DNA from: Escherichia phage DT57C
Strand: one strand, 5' to 3'
DNA: 64,000 bases
Sequence record: NC_027356.1
Part shown: positions 27,464 to 35,540 of the stretch, piece by piece
Position numbering within the stretch: position 1 is the stretch's first letter
Layout: every line of letters begins with the position of its first letter
Notes under the pieces: generated by a model
The model's database searches: none
What the model saw: the letters and a program-made list of their open reading frames with translations, nothing else
What the model was told of the DNA's origin: nothing
Translations under genes and position numbers: made by a program

Positions 27464-27540
27464 TTGGTCAGTGCGGCAGGACTCGAACCTGCGACCCGCA
27501 TCATCCGAGGGTCCCACGCTACCAACTGCGCTACACACTG
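27464..27540 (-). tRNA. tRNA (anticodon not resolved)
   Basis: Acceptor CAGTGTG/CGCACTG, T-arm GCAGG-TTCGAGT-CCTGC, D-loop AGTTGGTA, CCA encoded. Confidence 0.45.
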
Positions 27541-27548
27541 AAATTTTA

Positions 27549-27896
27549 TTAGTTTAACCGTAAAGTATTATCTACTTCACCATTAATTGTTCGGCATTCC
27601 TCTGGGATTGCTGGGGTGGCCTTGTATTCCCACCACTCAGCACCATCATATTCCCCACGTTCTAGCCAAGTTCCATCGGCAAACCATATATTACCATAAA
27701 GTAATTGTCCACCGTACCCAGAATCATATTCAAAGTCTAGGTTATTAAGAAAATCCTCAATATCTTCTTCTGTATAACCTAAAGGTAGTACCCAAACTTT
27801 TTTATCCCCATAATACCCGAATTCTATTTTAATACACTTAACTTCAGAATTAATATTTTTTAAGGCGAGTAACAGCTCTTCTTTAGCATTACGCAT
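27549..27896 (-). CDS. Hypothetical acidic protein
   Basis: 115-aa ORF. Confidence 0.5.
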   Translation of the reverse strand: MRNAKEELLLALKNINSEVKCIKIEFGYYGDKKVWVLPLGYTEEDIEDFLNNLDFEYDSGYGGQLLYGNIWFADGTWLERGEYDGAEWWEYKATPAIPEECRTINGEVDNTLRLN

Positions 27897-27921
27897 AGTA
27901 TATTCTCATACTGAGTTAATT

Positions 27922-27996
27922 TGGCGCGACCGATGGGATTTGAACCCACATTCCCCGTGACAGGGGAGTACCATTACCAAGCCAGCCCCTGTCGCA
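27922..27996 (-). tRNA. tRNA (anticodon not resolved)
   Basis: Acceptor GCGACAG/CGGTCGC (1 mismatch), T-arm GTGGG-TTCAAAT-CCCAT, CCA encoded. Confidence 0.45.
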
Positions 27997-28004
27997 TAAT
28001 TCAT

Positions 28005-28190
28005 TTACTCATATTTGAGTTTTTCAATAGCTGCATTAAGTTCTTTTAGAGCTTCACGACGTTCTACCTGACCTTGAAGTTCTTCAAGAAGTTCCGCTTT
28101 CAGAGTCTCAATAATTTTACCACGAACCTTGATATTATTAATCAGATTATCACGATCAGCTTCTAGTCGAGCAATTGCATGAGTTGTCAT
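28005..28190 (-). CDS. Small coiled-coil protein
   Basis: 61-aa ORF. Confidence 0.4.
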   Translation of the reverse strand: MTTHAIARLEADRDNLINNIKVRGKIIETLKAELLEELQGQVERREALKELNAAIEKLKYE

Positions 28191-28292
28191 ATCTATTTCC
28201 TCAGTTATTAATGAAAATGGTATCTGTGGCTGAATTCGATGTCAGCAATGATAGCTGGTTGGCTACCGGTTTACTTAACTCTACACAGAATT

Positions 28293-28372
28293 TGGCGGGC
28301 CGTGTAGGATTCGAACCACCAACCCCGAAGGGCACGGATTTACAGACCGCTGCAATAGCCATTCTGCCAACG
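28293..28372 (-). tRNA. tRNA-like element (possible tRNA-Tyr-like anticodon loop CU-GUA-AA); stems imperfect
   Basis: T-loop TTCGAAT and variable-arm hairpin CCC-TTCG-GGG present, but acceptor/T stems do not pair cleanly. Confidence 0.25.
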
Positions 28373-28448
28373 ATGTATATTTAAAAGTATTCAAATACTT
28401 GTTTAAACACTTTTAAATATGTTTCCAACTTAGATAACTATTATATCT

Positions 28449-28487
28449 AGTTTTAAGGCACTGAGCAAGTCAGATTTTGAAGAATTT
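28449..28487. other. 10-bp perfect inverted repeat (cactgagcaa...ttgctcagtg) in promoter-proximal leader
   Basis: Read directly; lies between promoter at 28572-28601 and the tRNA-like element. Confidence 0.6.
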
Positions 28488-28571
28488 GCTCAGTGCTATA
28501 TTAGTTAGTCGAACTTAGGAGTAACAATTAAAGAGAATGGGAGTTCGAAAACTTCATCAATTTATATAACT

Positions 28572-28601
28572 ATTATATCAGAAATTTAAAGCAAAAGGCA
28601 A
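28572..28601 (-). promoter_or_regulatory. Sigma70-type early promoter (TTGCCT-18-TATAAT)
   Basis: -10 28572-28577, -35 28596-28601. Confidence 0.45.
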
Positions 28602-28631
28602 GTACTTTTTTAAAAATTCTGTTTGGAGGAG

Positions 28632-28838
28632 CTAAACTCCAGATTCTTCAGCCAAGTCTAGACTAATAAGAGTTATAGCCATAATTGCCGCACCGTGTTC
28701 TTTTTCTCCGGTGTTTTTAGCAGAGTCTATAATACCCTTAATCTGTTCGTAATAACTTTTTACTTCTTGTTCAATGCCGGCCTCGGCTATCATGCCTTTA
28801 GTCATGAGTCGTTGCATGGTAATTTCACGGTTAGCCAT
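28632..28838 (-). CDS. Hypothetical protein
   Basis: 68-aa ORF. Confidence 0.45.
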   Translation of the reverse strand: MANREITMQRLMTKGMIAEAGIEQEVKSYYEQIKGIIDSAKNTGEKEHGAAIMAITLISLDLAEESGV

Positions 28839-29013
28839 GATGTTTCTCCAGTTTCATCTTTAATAGTTTACAAATGAAGTCAATATCTTCATCCGTGCCT
28901 AGATCTCTATCTTCAAGAGTTGCCTTGAAGTTTTTAGTCAACTCCATAAGGATGACTTCCCTAGAACGACGTGTTGGCGGAGGTGGATGTCTATACATCT
29001 TATTTCCTTAATT

Positions 29014-29088
29014 TGGTGGGTCGGAGGAGAATCTAACTCCTACTCGTTAGCTTATGAGGCCACCGCTTTAACTTTAAGCTACCGACCC
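29014..29088 (-). tRNA. tRNA, probable CAU anticodon (Met or Ile2)
   Basis: Perfect acceptor GGGTCGG/CCGACCC, T-arm AGGAG-TTAGATT-CTCCT, loop CU-CAU-AA. Confidence 0.5.
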
Positions 29089-29094
29089 TATGTT

Positions 29095-29183
29095 TGGCGG
29101 AAGAAGCGGGAATCGAACCCACAAGGCTATATTTCAAACCGACAGATTAGCAATCTGCTGCAATACCGTTATGCTATTCTTCC
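29095..29183 (-). tRNA. Long tRNA, probable tRNA-Ser (anticodon GCU)
   Basis: Perfect acceptor GGAAGAA/TTCTTCC, T-arm GTGGG-TTCGATT-CCCGC, loop TT-GCT-AA, long variable arm. Confidence 0.5.
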
Positions 29184-29204
29184 GAATTTATAAGATATAT
29201 TATA

Positions 29205-29741
29205 TTAGAAATTTAGCTTCATAGCAAGAAAATTTTTCAAGTTTTCGGTAGACATCTCATCCACATCTACAGGAGAAACAAACCCATCTAATTGTCTAGC
29301 AAATTTTTCACCGGCAGGATCATTATCCCCAACAGCTACCAATTTAAAAGGTAGTAATTTCAATTGCTTTAACAACGCTTTTCCGGGGGAAGAACCCAAC
29401 ATTGCTAGGGCAGGATAACCAGCATTATGTAATGCTACAGCCTTAAATACAGATTCAGCAATCAATACTACTTTTTCATCCCCATTGAGAGTTTCTAGCC
29501 CCCATACACACTGTGTGGTAGAATAAGTAAAATATCTAGCTTCAGAGGGGCACTTACCATGACCTTTTGGAGCAGAAGGATTATAAATCTGATAGCCTCT
29601 CAGCATCCCAGAGAAGTCGTACAATGGGACTGTTAGCCATCCCTCCGGGCTTAACCAGCAATGATATTTATCTGTATCAAACCCTCTGGATAAGAGATGT
29701 TCTGTTAGTTCATCAACAGTCATATTAGATTCCTCTCTCAA
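29205..29741 (-). CDS. Hypothetical protein with TOPRIM-like motifs
   Basis: 178-aa ORF; LIAESVFKA and VAVGDNDPAG resemble TOPRIM E / DxD motifs. Confidence 0.4.
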   Translation of the reverse strand: MREESNMTVDELTEHLLSRGFDTDKYHCWLSPEGWLTVPLYDFSGMLRGYQIYNPSAPKGHGKCPSEARYFTYSTTQCVWGLETLNGDEKVVLIAESVFKAVALHNAGYPALAMLGSSPGKALLKQLKLLPFKLVAVGDNDPAGEKFARQLDGFVSPVDVDEMSTENLKNFLAMKLNF

Positions 29742-29761
29742 ATTATAAATATATTATACAG

Positions 29762-29790
29762 AGAATTTAGCATTCAAGCAATTGAATTTT
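29762..29790 (-). promoter_or_regulatory. Sigma70-type early promoter
   Basis: -10 29762-29767, -35 29785-29790 (TTGCTT). Confidence 0.6.
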
Positions 29791-29867
29791 TAAACTTTTT
29801 AGTGGAAAATCTCAAGACATTTAATGGCAGCACGTTGTTGCTGTAATAAGAGTATATGGTTCTAAAG

Positions 29868-29910
29868 AACCAAACAATAAAGCCCTGCGCTCTCCAGGGA
29901 ACGCAGGGCT
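29868..29910 (-). terminator. Rho-independent terminator (agccctgcg...cgcagggct)
   Basis: 9-bp stem followed on minus strand by T-rich tract. Confidence 0.55.
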
Positions 29911-29934
29911 TACTTCAGAGATTACATGCGGGTG

Positions 29935-30882
29935 TTATTTGTTACGCATGTCCATGATCATCTGGCCATCGTAACCAGTTCCCACAACTGTTTGCGGTAC
30001 ACCACCTTGATACTTCTGAGCACGAATCATTTCAACTTCTAGTTGTTTCCAACGAATCATCTCAGGAGTAATGGTACGTTGCAGAGCGGCGTTAGCCTCA
30101 GCTTCTTTCTTAGCTGCGTACAGTTTAGCATCTGCATCACGTTCGTTTGCAATAGCTTGGTTGTTACGAGCTTCACGATCTGCTTCTGCTTGTTTAACCT
30201 TCTGCTGTGCTTCTTGTTCAACACGAGCCAACTCAGCTTTCGCAGCATTAACTTGTTCTTCACGAACTTTGGTATTCTGTACCTGTTCCATGATTACAGG
30301 CGGCAAAGTAATATCCTGAAGGAACACTTGCTTAACTGTGTAACCATAAGGGCGTGCATACTCTTCAACTTCCTGTTGAATTGCAGTTTGTAATTGAGCC
30401 TGAATTTTAGCATCAAACAAATCTTGTGCTTTAGGAACAGACTTGCCGAACTCACGAATAGTAGACAGTAATTTTTCAGTTACATATTTGTCTAACGCTT
30501 GATCCTGAGTACCTGCATTAATACGGTTAATCGGTGCCTTAGAACCATCAAATTGTAACATAACAGTCAGGTCAACAGTGGATTTAAACTTATCCTGACT
30601 AGGAACCTGAAGTTTATCTAATTTTACAGCAATATCTTTTGTACTAAAAGTATCGAAAGATGCAAAGGGGTTTACAAGATGGAAGCCAGGTAATACTGGG
30701 TTAGGATCTACTTTACCAAGAAATGTTTGGGTTTTAACCGTACCATCGGAAACAATAGTATATGAATTAAAAGCTAGGATTAAACCTGCTAAACCAACTA
30801 CAGCACCAATACCCCAACGTTTAATAGTGCGCATTACTTTTTGCTCAGAAGTCAGTTCTTTCATATTTTTAGTATTAAACAT
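29935..30882 (-). CDS. SPFH/band-7 family membrane protein (HflC/prohibitin-like)
   Basis: 315-aa ORF; N-terminal TM helix, long Ala/Glu/Gln-rich coiled-coil C-terminus typical of SPFH proteins. Confidence 0.55.
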   Translation of the reverse strand: MFNTKNMKELTSEQKVMRTIKRWGIGAVVGLAGLILAFNSYTIVSDGTVKTQTFLGKVDPNPVLPGFHLVNPFASFDTFSTKDIAVKLDKLQVPSQDKFKSTVDLTVMLQFDGSKAPINRINAGTQDQALDKYVTEKLLSTIREFGKSVPKAQDLFDAKIQAQLQTAIQQEVEEYARPYGYTVKQVFLQDITLPPVIMEQVQNTKVREEQVNAAKAELARVEQEAQQKVKQAEADREARNNQAIANERDADAKLYAAKKEAEANAALQRTITPEMIRWKQLEVEMIRAQKYQGGVPQTVVGTGYDGQMIMDMRNK

Positions 30883-30916
30883 GTATTTCCTTTGTTTTAG
30901 TTACAGTTAATAAAAT

Positions 30917-30991
30917 TGGCCGAGGTGACAGGATTCGAACCTGCATAAAGGAATTTAGAAGACTCCTGCCTCTCCCTTAGACTACACCCCG
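30917..30991 (-). tRNA. tRNA, probable tRNA-Arg (anticodon UCU)
   Basis: Acceptor CGGGGTG/CACCTCG, T-arm GCAGG-TTCGAAT-CCTGT, loop CU-UCU-AA. Confidence 0.5.
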
Positions 30992-31492
30992 TTTAAGTAT
31001 TTTTAAGAACTCTCGTAAAAACTCTTAAAAATACAGACGATACCGGGAGAGTCATAAGTCTCACTCATTAAGTATTTCAAGACAAAATACAGTAACGTCT
31101 ATTATTTTCCAGTTTAAGTCAAGGTGACTTAGTGGTTATGCCCTGCGGTATACTGAGGACTCGGTTAGGCTAGGGTCATGACTCCCCGCTTTTTGCTGCT
31201 ACTCAACAGGAATTATCGCGAATTACCTGTGCTATTGTGCACCATTAGTGGCATCTCTCATGCCAGCATTTCCCACTTTGTGGATAGTTTGAAAAACTAC
31301 TCCGATATGGAGGGAGAACTTCACTATCCTAGAATACCTTCTAAAGTTCTTCTTTAGCCTGGACATAGTTAAATCGTAATAAAACTATTCAGCAGACTGG
31401 TTGATTAGCCTGGAACCAACTACCGCGTGGTTTAGGCAGTGCGCAACTAACCTCGGAAGCTTTTACGTTAAAAGCACCAGTTATCCAGCTCT

Positions 31493-31562
31493 TACCGATC
31501 GTAGGATTCGAACCTACATCTTCCACCAGTTACGGCTTGATAATACCGTTTATACTAGATCG
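31493..31562 (-). tRNA. tRNA-like (anticodon not resolved; no encoded CCA)
   Basis: Perfect T-arm GTAGG-TTCGAAT-CCTAC and acceptor GCCGATC/GATCGGT. Confidence 0.35.
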
Positions 31563-31640
31563 GCAGTGTTACTACATAAGTGATTTCCACACCCCACCAT
31601 CAATAAATTAGGGAAGAATTACTCTCTAATTTATGAATAT

Positions 31641-31669
31641 ATTATACAGAATTTATAAGCATTTAGCAA
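31641..31669 (-). promoter_or_regulatory. Sigma70-type early promoter (TTGCTA-17-TATAAT)
   Basis: -10 31641-31646, -35 31664-31669; transcribes toward tRNA-like gene and ORF-free 31000-31490. Confidence 0.55.
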
Positions 31670-31677
31670 ATGAATTT

Positions 31678-32112
31678 TTAGAAAAATTCACTAGCAATCA
31701 GAGCGGCTGTTTTACCATCATAACGCCCTGGAAACTCTGCCTTAATAGTTTTCATTAAGAGAGCTTTGGTAATACCTGGGTTTAGCTTAACCAATTCTGC
31801 AAAATATTTACGAATTTCGGTTTCAGTCAGTTGACTTGGCTGATACTCTTGCAGCATGAAATAAAGCAGTTGCTCGTAGTCTACATCAGTAGGAACTTTC
31901 GTACCAACTTTAATAGCACGCTGCTTTGCAGTTTCTAGAGCTTTAATCTGGGCTTTCAGATAAGCTACGAACTCGGTTCGAGTAACAACGTCTTTATTAA
32001 TGCGTTGCAAGTCACCAATCATAGTCTGGAGATTGATTGCCCGCTCTTTGTCACCGTGGATACGTGCTAGACTAAGCAGTCCACGAAGGGTCATTAGAAT
32101 ATTTTCACCCAT
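31678..32112 (-). CDS. Hypothetical protein
   Basis: 144-aa ORF; start overlaps stop of upstream small ORF. Confidence 0.5.
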   Translation of the reverse strand: MGENILMTLRGLLSLARIHGDKERAINLQTMIGDLQRINKDVVTRTEFVAYLKAQIKALETAKQRAIKVGTKVPTDVDYEQLLYFMLQEYQPSQLTETEIRKYFAELVKLNPGITKALLMKTIKAEFPGRYDGKTAALIASEFF

Positions 32113-32282
32113 TATTTCATCCCCAATGCTTGGTTGAAAGATTGTTCTGTCATAACTGCTGAGACTTTGGCGAAATCAAACTTTTTAGGGTTCGTAGTGA
32201 TCTCAGCAACGTTGGAAGTTTTAACAGTTTTCGTAGTACGAATACCGCGAGTGTTAACACCAATAATTACAACTGATTTCAT
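32112..32282 (-). CDS. Small hypothetical protein (~56 aa), not in ORF track
   Basis: By-eye: GGAAGCGAAAT-ATG context; MKSVVIIGVNTRGIRTTKTVKTSNVAEITTNPKKFDFAKVSAVMTEQSFNQALGMK; downstream of promoter. Confidence 0.35.
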   Translation of the reverse strand: MKSVVIIGVNTRGIRTTKTVKTSNVAEITTNPKKFDFAKVSAVMTEQSFNQALGMK

Positions 32283-32313
32283 ATTTCGCTTCCTCTCATT
32301 AATTTATGAAAGT

Positions 32314-32342
32314 ATTATACAGAAGTTTAAGTATTTAAGCAA
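32314..32342 (-). promoter_or_regulatory. Sigma70-type early promoter
   Basis: -10 32314-32319, -35 32337-32342 (TTGCTT). Confidence 0.6.
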
Positions 32343-32350
32343 ATAAATTT

Positions 32351-32818
32351 TTAAGTTTTAGTGACAGCAGGCTTATAAAATGTATGTCCCTTAATCTTGG
32401 TTGTTTTCTTAAACTTCTTTGTCCAGTATGGTTTATCTTTACCACTATGGAAGTATAAGGCCCCATGTGTAGGATCTTGTGGTAAATCAACGTAGTATAT
32501 CACTCTAGCTAAATTCTTGGCGGTTTGCCAAGCCTCATCGGTTTTATCAACTTTTGGTCTCTTAGATACCCAAGAGAACTGGTTAGACTGATATACTACT
32601 TTACAGTAGGAATCTGGGAATTTACCGGAGTTTACACGGTTTTTAGTAACGTGTGCAATCGCCGTCATTCCCTTTATGCCCTCACCACGACTTTCGAAAT
32701 AGATATTTTTAGCAATGCAATCTATTTCTTTTGCATCGTGCGATGCTTGACTACTAAAGCTGAAGGTAAGGGCAGCTACTAAAAGCAAAGCTGCCTTCAT
32801 TCTTTTTACTCCTGCCAA
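32351..32818 (-). CDS. Cell wall hydrolase (SleB/CwlJ-like) with signal peptide
   Basis: 155-aa ORF; signal peptide, motif CIAKNIYFESRGEG. Confidence 0.55.
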   Translation of the reverse strand: MAGVKRMKAALLLVAALTFSFSSQASHDAKEIDCIAKNIYFESRGEGIKGMTAIAHVTKNRVNSGKFPDSYCKVVYQSNQFSWVSKRPKVDKTDEAWQTAKNLARVIYYVDLPQDPTHGALYFHSGKDKPYWTKKFKKTTKIKGHTFYKPAVTKT

Positions 32819-33123
32819 TCGTATTCAATACGATTGGGGTTTTCTTTGTATCCCAAGTCAAGCAAATCATTACGCATAGTTTGCTTAGCTACGGGATTCG
32901 AGGTTACTAGTACCACTTTCTTTGGTCTCTGCCCAAATTCTAAGAGTAAACGAAGAATTTGATAACCTTCCATACCATCTACAGCCAAATCGTTGTCGAA
33001 ATAAACAAAATGGCCAGTGGTATCAGTCTTATTCAGAAACTCAACAGCGGCTTCTGGGGTTCGAATGATAATGTCCATTCCGTGAAGATTACGCACATCA
33101 TCAATCAAAATATGAAAAGTCAT
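32806..33123 (-). CDS. Hypothetical protein
   Basis: 105-aa ORF downstream of promoter. Confidence 0.5.
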   Translation of the reverse strand: MTFHILIDDVRNLHGMDIIIRTPEAAVEFLNKTDTTGHFVYFDNDLAVDGMEGYQILRLLLEFGQRPKKVVLVTSNPVAKQTMRNDLLDLGYKENPNRIEYDWQE

Positions 33124-33153
33124 AATAGCCTCGTTTCATCAATTTAAAAATAT

Positions 33154-33182
33154 ATTATACAGAGAACTTAATAAATTAGCAA
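33154..33182 (-). promoter_or_regulatory. Sigma70-type early promoter (TTGCTA-17-TATAAT)
   Basis: -10 33154-33159, -35 33177-33182. Confidence 0.6.
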
Positions 33183-33565
33183 ATACATTTTTAAATTGTG
33201 AAACTAGTAAACCGATAAACAGCCTAGGGGCGCCACAGGCCATATCTTACGAGCCATGTACCTTTGATCTAGGGTTTGAATCATCAACGAATACTTTGCA
33301 TCTTTTAGCTTTAGAAGTTTAGAAGTTTGAGTTCTTTAAACTTTTCAGCTTTCATACTTAAATGTTGATCTTTGAAGTTGTGTCGGTAATATCAACGACT
33401 CTTTGTTTTTACGTGTCAGATTAAATGTCCGATGTAATAAACATAATCTCCAATAGATTATACTTTATAGTATGGTCAGCGGTCTTATTTAACCTCGTAT
33501 TTCAACCGCTGCTGCGAGGTAAGATGCTTGGGCTTTCGTCTACCGATTTACTAGCTTTTAAATTA

Positions 33566-34204
33566 TTACTCTACTTCAATGAAAGTAGAGGCGTTAGACT
33601 CGGACAGAACAAAGTCAACATTAGTTGCAAAGTCCTGATATTCCTCGTCATGTTGTTTAATCAGCTTCTCCAGTTCCAGCGGATCAATCAAGAATGGGGT
33701 ATTCTTGAGTTCCAACAGGTTGAGCTGCATTTTAACTTCATCTTCGGAAGTTTTCTTATCGCGGGTAGCCATGCTATCCTGCAAACGCTCATATTTAGCA
33801 TCAAACTGTGCTTTCTGCGTATTAAACTTAACCGTAGCGGCATGGAACTGCTTACGCATATTAGCCAGCAACTGAGCTTTAAGCTCCATAGAACGCTTAG
33901 CTTCAATTGCTTCTGCAACAGTCATTTTACGAGAGCCAATCTCAACGATTGTTTCCGCATTGCTCTTAATCAATGCTGCTTTGATACGATCACGCTGGGA
34001 CATCATATCCAGCAGAGACTGGAAATCTGTCTTAATACGATTAGACAGATCTTCTACTTCGATTGCAGCGCCAACTACAACCTTATTTTTATCCTTACCT
34101 TCACCAACAGCGATCAGAAGCTGTTGTTCAGTAGCTTTACGGATTTTAGCTTCCAGAGATTTGATGGTTGCCAGAGCACGAGTTTTAGAGATACGAGCGG
34201 GCAT
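33566..34204 (-). CDS. Hypothetical coiled-coil protein (host-optimal codon usage)
   Basis: 212-aa ORF; codons dominated by ctg/cgt/gct/ggt; plus-strand 265-aa ORF on opposite strand judged antisense artefact. Confidence 0.6.
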   Translation of the reverse strand: MPARISKTRALATIKSLEAKIRKATEQQLLIAVGEGKDKNKVVVGAAIEVEDLSNRIKTDFQSLLDMMSQRDRIKAALIKSNAETIVEIGSRKMTVAEAIEAKRSMELKAQLLANMRKQFHAATVKFNTQKAQFDAKYERLQDSMATRDKKTSEDEVKMQLNLLELKNTPFLIDPLELEKLIKQHDEEYQDFATNVDFVLSESNASTFIEVE

Positions 34205-34256
34205 TGTTTATTCCTTACATGAAGTTTAAGATTTGAATTTGTTTAAAGTTGGTCTA

Positions 34257-34439
34257 TTACAGACCCATTGCCAGTAAGGTACGCAGAACAGTATCTTTAC
34301 TGTTATCAATTTTAGGATTAACACGATTTAGCAGATCAAAGATTTTCTGGACACCTGATTGACGTTCAGCCATACGACGGATACCCAGATTACGAGTAGC
34401 TTTCTTACCATTTTTACGGACATTTTTAGATACTGGCAT
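34257..34439 (-). CDS. Small basic protein
   Basis: 60-aa ORF downstream of promoter. Confidence 0.45.
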   Translation of the reverse strand: MPVSKNVRKNGKKATRNLGIRRMAERQSGVQKIFDLLNRVNPKIDNSKDTVLRTLLAMGL

Positions 34440-34467
34440 ATTTGTTTTCCTTTTGTTGTTTTCTCAA

Positions 34468-34511
34468 ATTTATGAATATATTATACAGAATTTATGAATA
34501 TATTATACAGA
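34468..34511. repeat. Tandem duplication of 22-bp promoter -10 region (tttatgaatatattatacagaa x2)
   Basis: Identical tandem copies read directly. Confidence 0.8.
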
Positions 34512-34530
34512 ATTTTGGAGCCGGAAGCAA
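34502..34530 (-). promoter_or_regulatory. Sigma70-type early promoter
   Basis: -10 34502-34507 (second copy), -35 34525-34530 (TTGCTT). Confidence 0.55.
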
Positions 34531-34531
34531 A

Positions 34532-35233
34532 TCAAATTTTCATTTTTTCGATCATAGCTGCAACACAATAGCTCTCAACTAAGGCATCGAATGCTGGGTC
34601 GTGCTTAACCGGATATATCCCGTAACGAATGGTGTCCATCTTCTCCATCTTGGCTTTTGCCCAGCTAATACCTTCGGTCTCTAGAGCCTTATAACTGTAT
34701 CCAGCTTGCATCCAGAGATTACGAAGAGATCGAACATTACCCAAATTCCAGAATTTCCACGGAACTATTTCTTCATTGGTTCCAGCATGGAAAGTGTTTG
34801 CAGAGTAGATAGTCATATCAAACTCTGGGCCATTGCCGTAATATAAAGCATTTTCGCCTAGAGCCAACTCCATAATATTTTGGGTCATAGAGAAGGCAGC
34901 ATGGTTAGAGCCGAGCTTATTAGTACAGTGATGTTTACCATCTCGAAAAGCAATCAGCTTTGGATTATGCTCATTCATAGCTTCCATAATGTGGAGAGCA
35001 GACGGACTATTTTTAGCTTGATCCATCCAGAATGCTAGAGTAGATGCCGTAACTTTAGCTCCAGAATTAAGCTGGTCTTGCACATCCAAAGTAACAAACA
35101 CTAGATCAGGGTCTTTATCAATTCCATGCATAGCCACAAAAGCGAAGGAAGGCATTGCGATATGAGTAGTACCACAATCTCCTGGAGTTCCTAGAGATTC
35201 AATATCTAACATACCAAATGGTTTTACTTTCAT
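34532..35233 (-). CDS. Putative 3'-5' exonuclease (DEDDh/DnaQ-like)
   Basis: 233-aa ORF; MLDIESLG (Exo I-like), HDPAFD (Exo III-like H-x4-D). Confidence 0.4.
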   Translation of the reverse strand: MKVKPFGMLDIESLGTPGDCGTTHIAMPSFAFVAMHGIDKDPDLVFVTLDVQDQLNSGAKVTASTLAFWMDQAKNSPSALHIMEAMNEHNPKLIAFRDGKHHCTNKLGSNHAAFSMTQNIMELALGENALYYGNGPEFDMTIYSANTFHAGTNEEIVPWKFWNLGNVRSLRNLWMQAGYSYKALETEGISWAKAKMEKMDTIRYGIYPVKHDPAFDALVESYCVAAMIEKMKI

Positions 35234-35261
35234 AACTTATCCTTTATTGTGTAGAAAACTA

Positions 35262-35498
35262 TTAAAGAGCTGTCTCTTTAATAGACTCCCACTTCTTGGG
35301 GTCTTTAAAACCAGGAAGCATATCTTCACTAACATCCCAGTTTTCTTCCGTAGAAAAGTCTGGCCATTCATTCCAGTTACCTTCCAGCTCTTCATACCAG
35401 GTATCCATTACCTCGCGATTAGAAAGTCGTGTATAGTCTCTAGCGGACTTATGAGTGCTAGCACGGTTAAAATCATTCTTTGCTACAAAATTACGCAT
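35262..35498 (-). CDS. Hypothetical acidic protein
   Basis: 78-aa ORF. Confidence 0.45.
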   Translation of the reverse strand: MRNFVAKNDFNRASTHKSARDYTRLSNREVMDTWYEELEGNWNEWPDFSTEENWDVSEDMLPGFKDPKKWESIKETAL

Positions 35499-35514
35499 AG
35501 TTTCTCCAAAAATA

Positions 35515-35532
35515 TGAGGGGCTTTCGCCCCT
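35515..35532 (-). terminator. Rho-independent terminator (gaggggc tttc gcccctc)
   Basis: 7-bp GC stem, tetraloop, T-rich tail on minus strand. Confidence 0.55.
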
Positions 35533-35540
35533 CTTATCTA

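Noticed and set aside
33425-34222. 265-aa plus-strand ORF
   Set aside because: Lies antisense to a codon-optimised minus-strand gene; Phe/Leu/Cys-rich low-complexity translation; no promoter or RBS in the otherwise leftward-transcribed block
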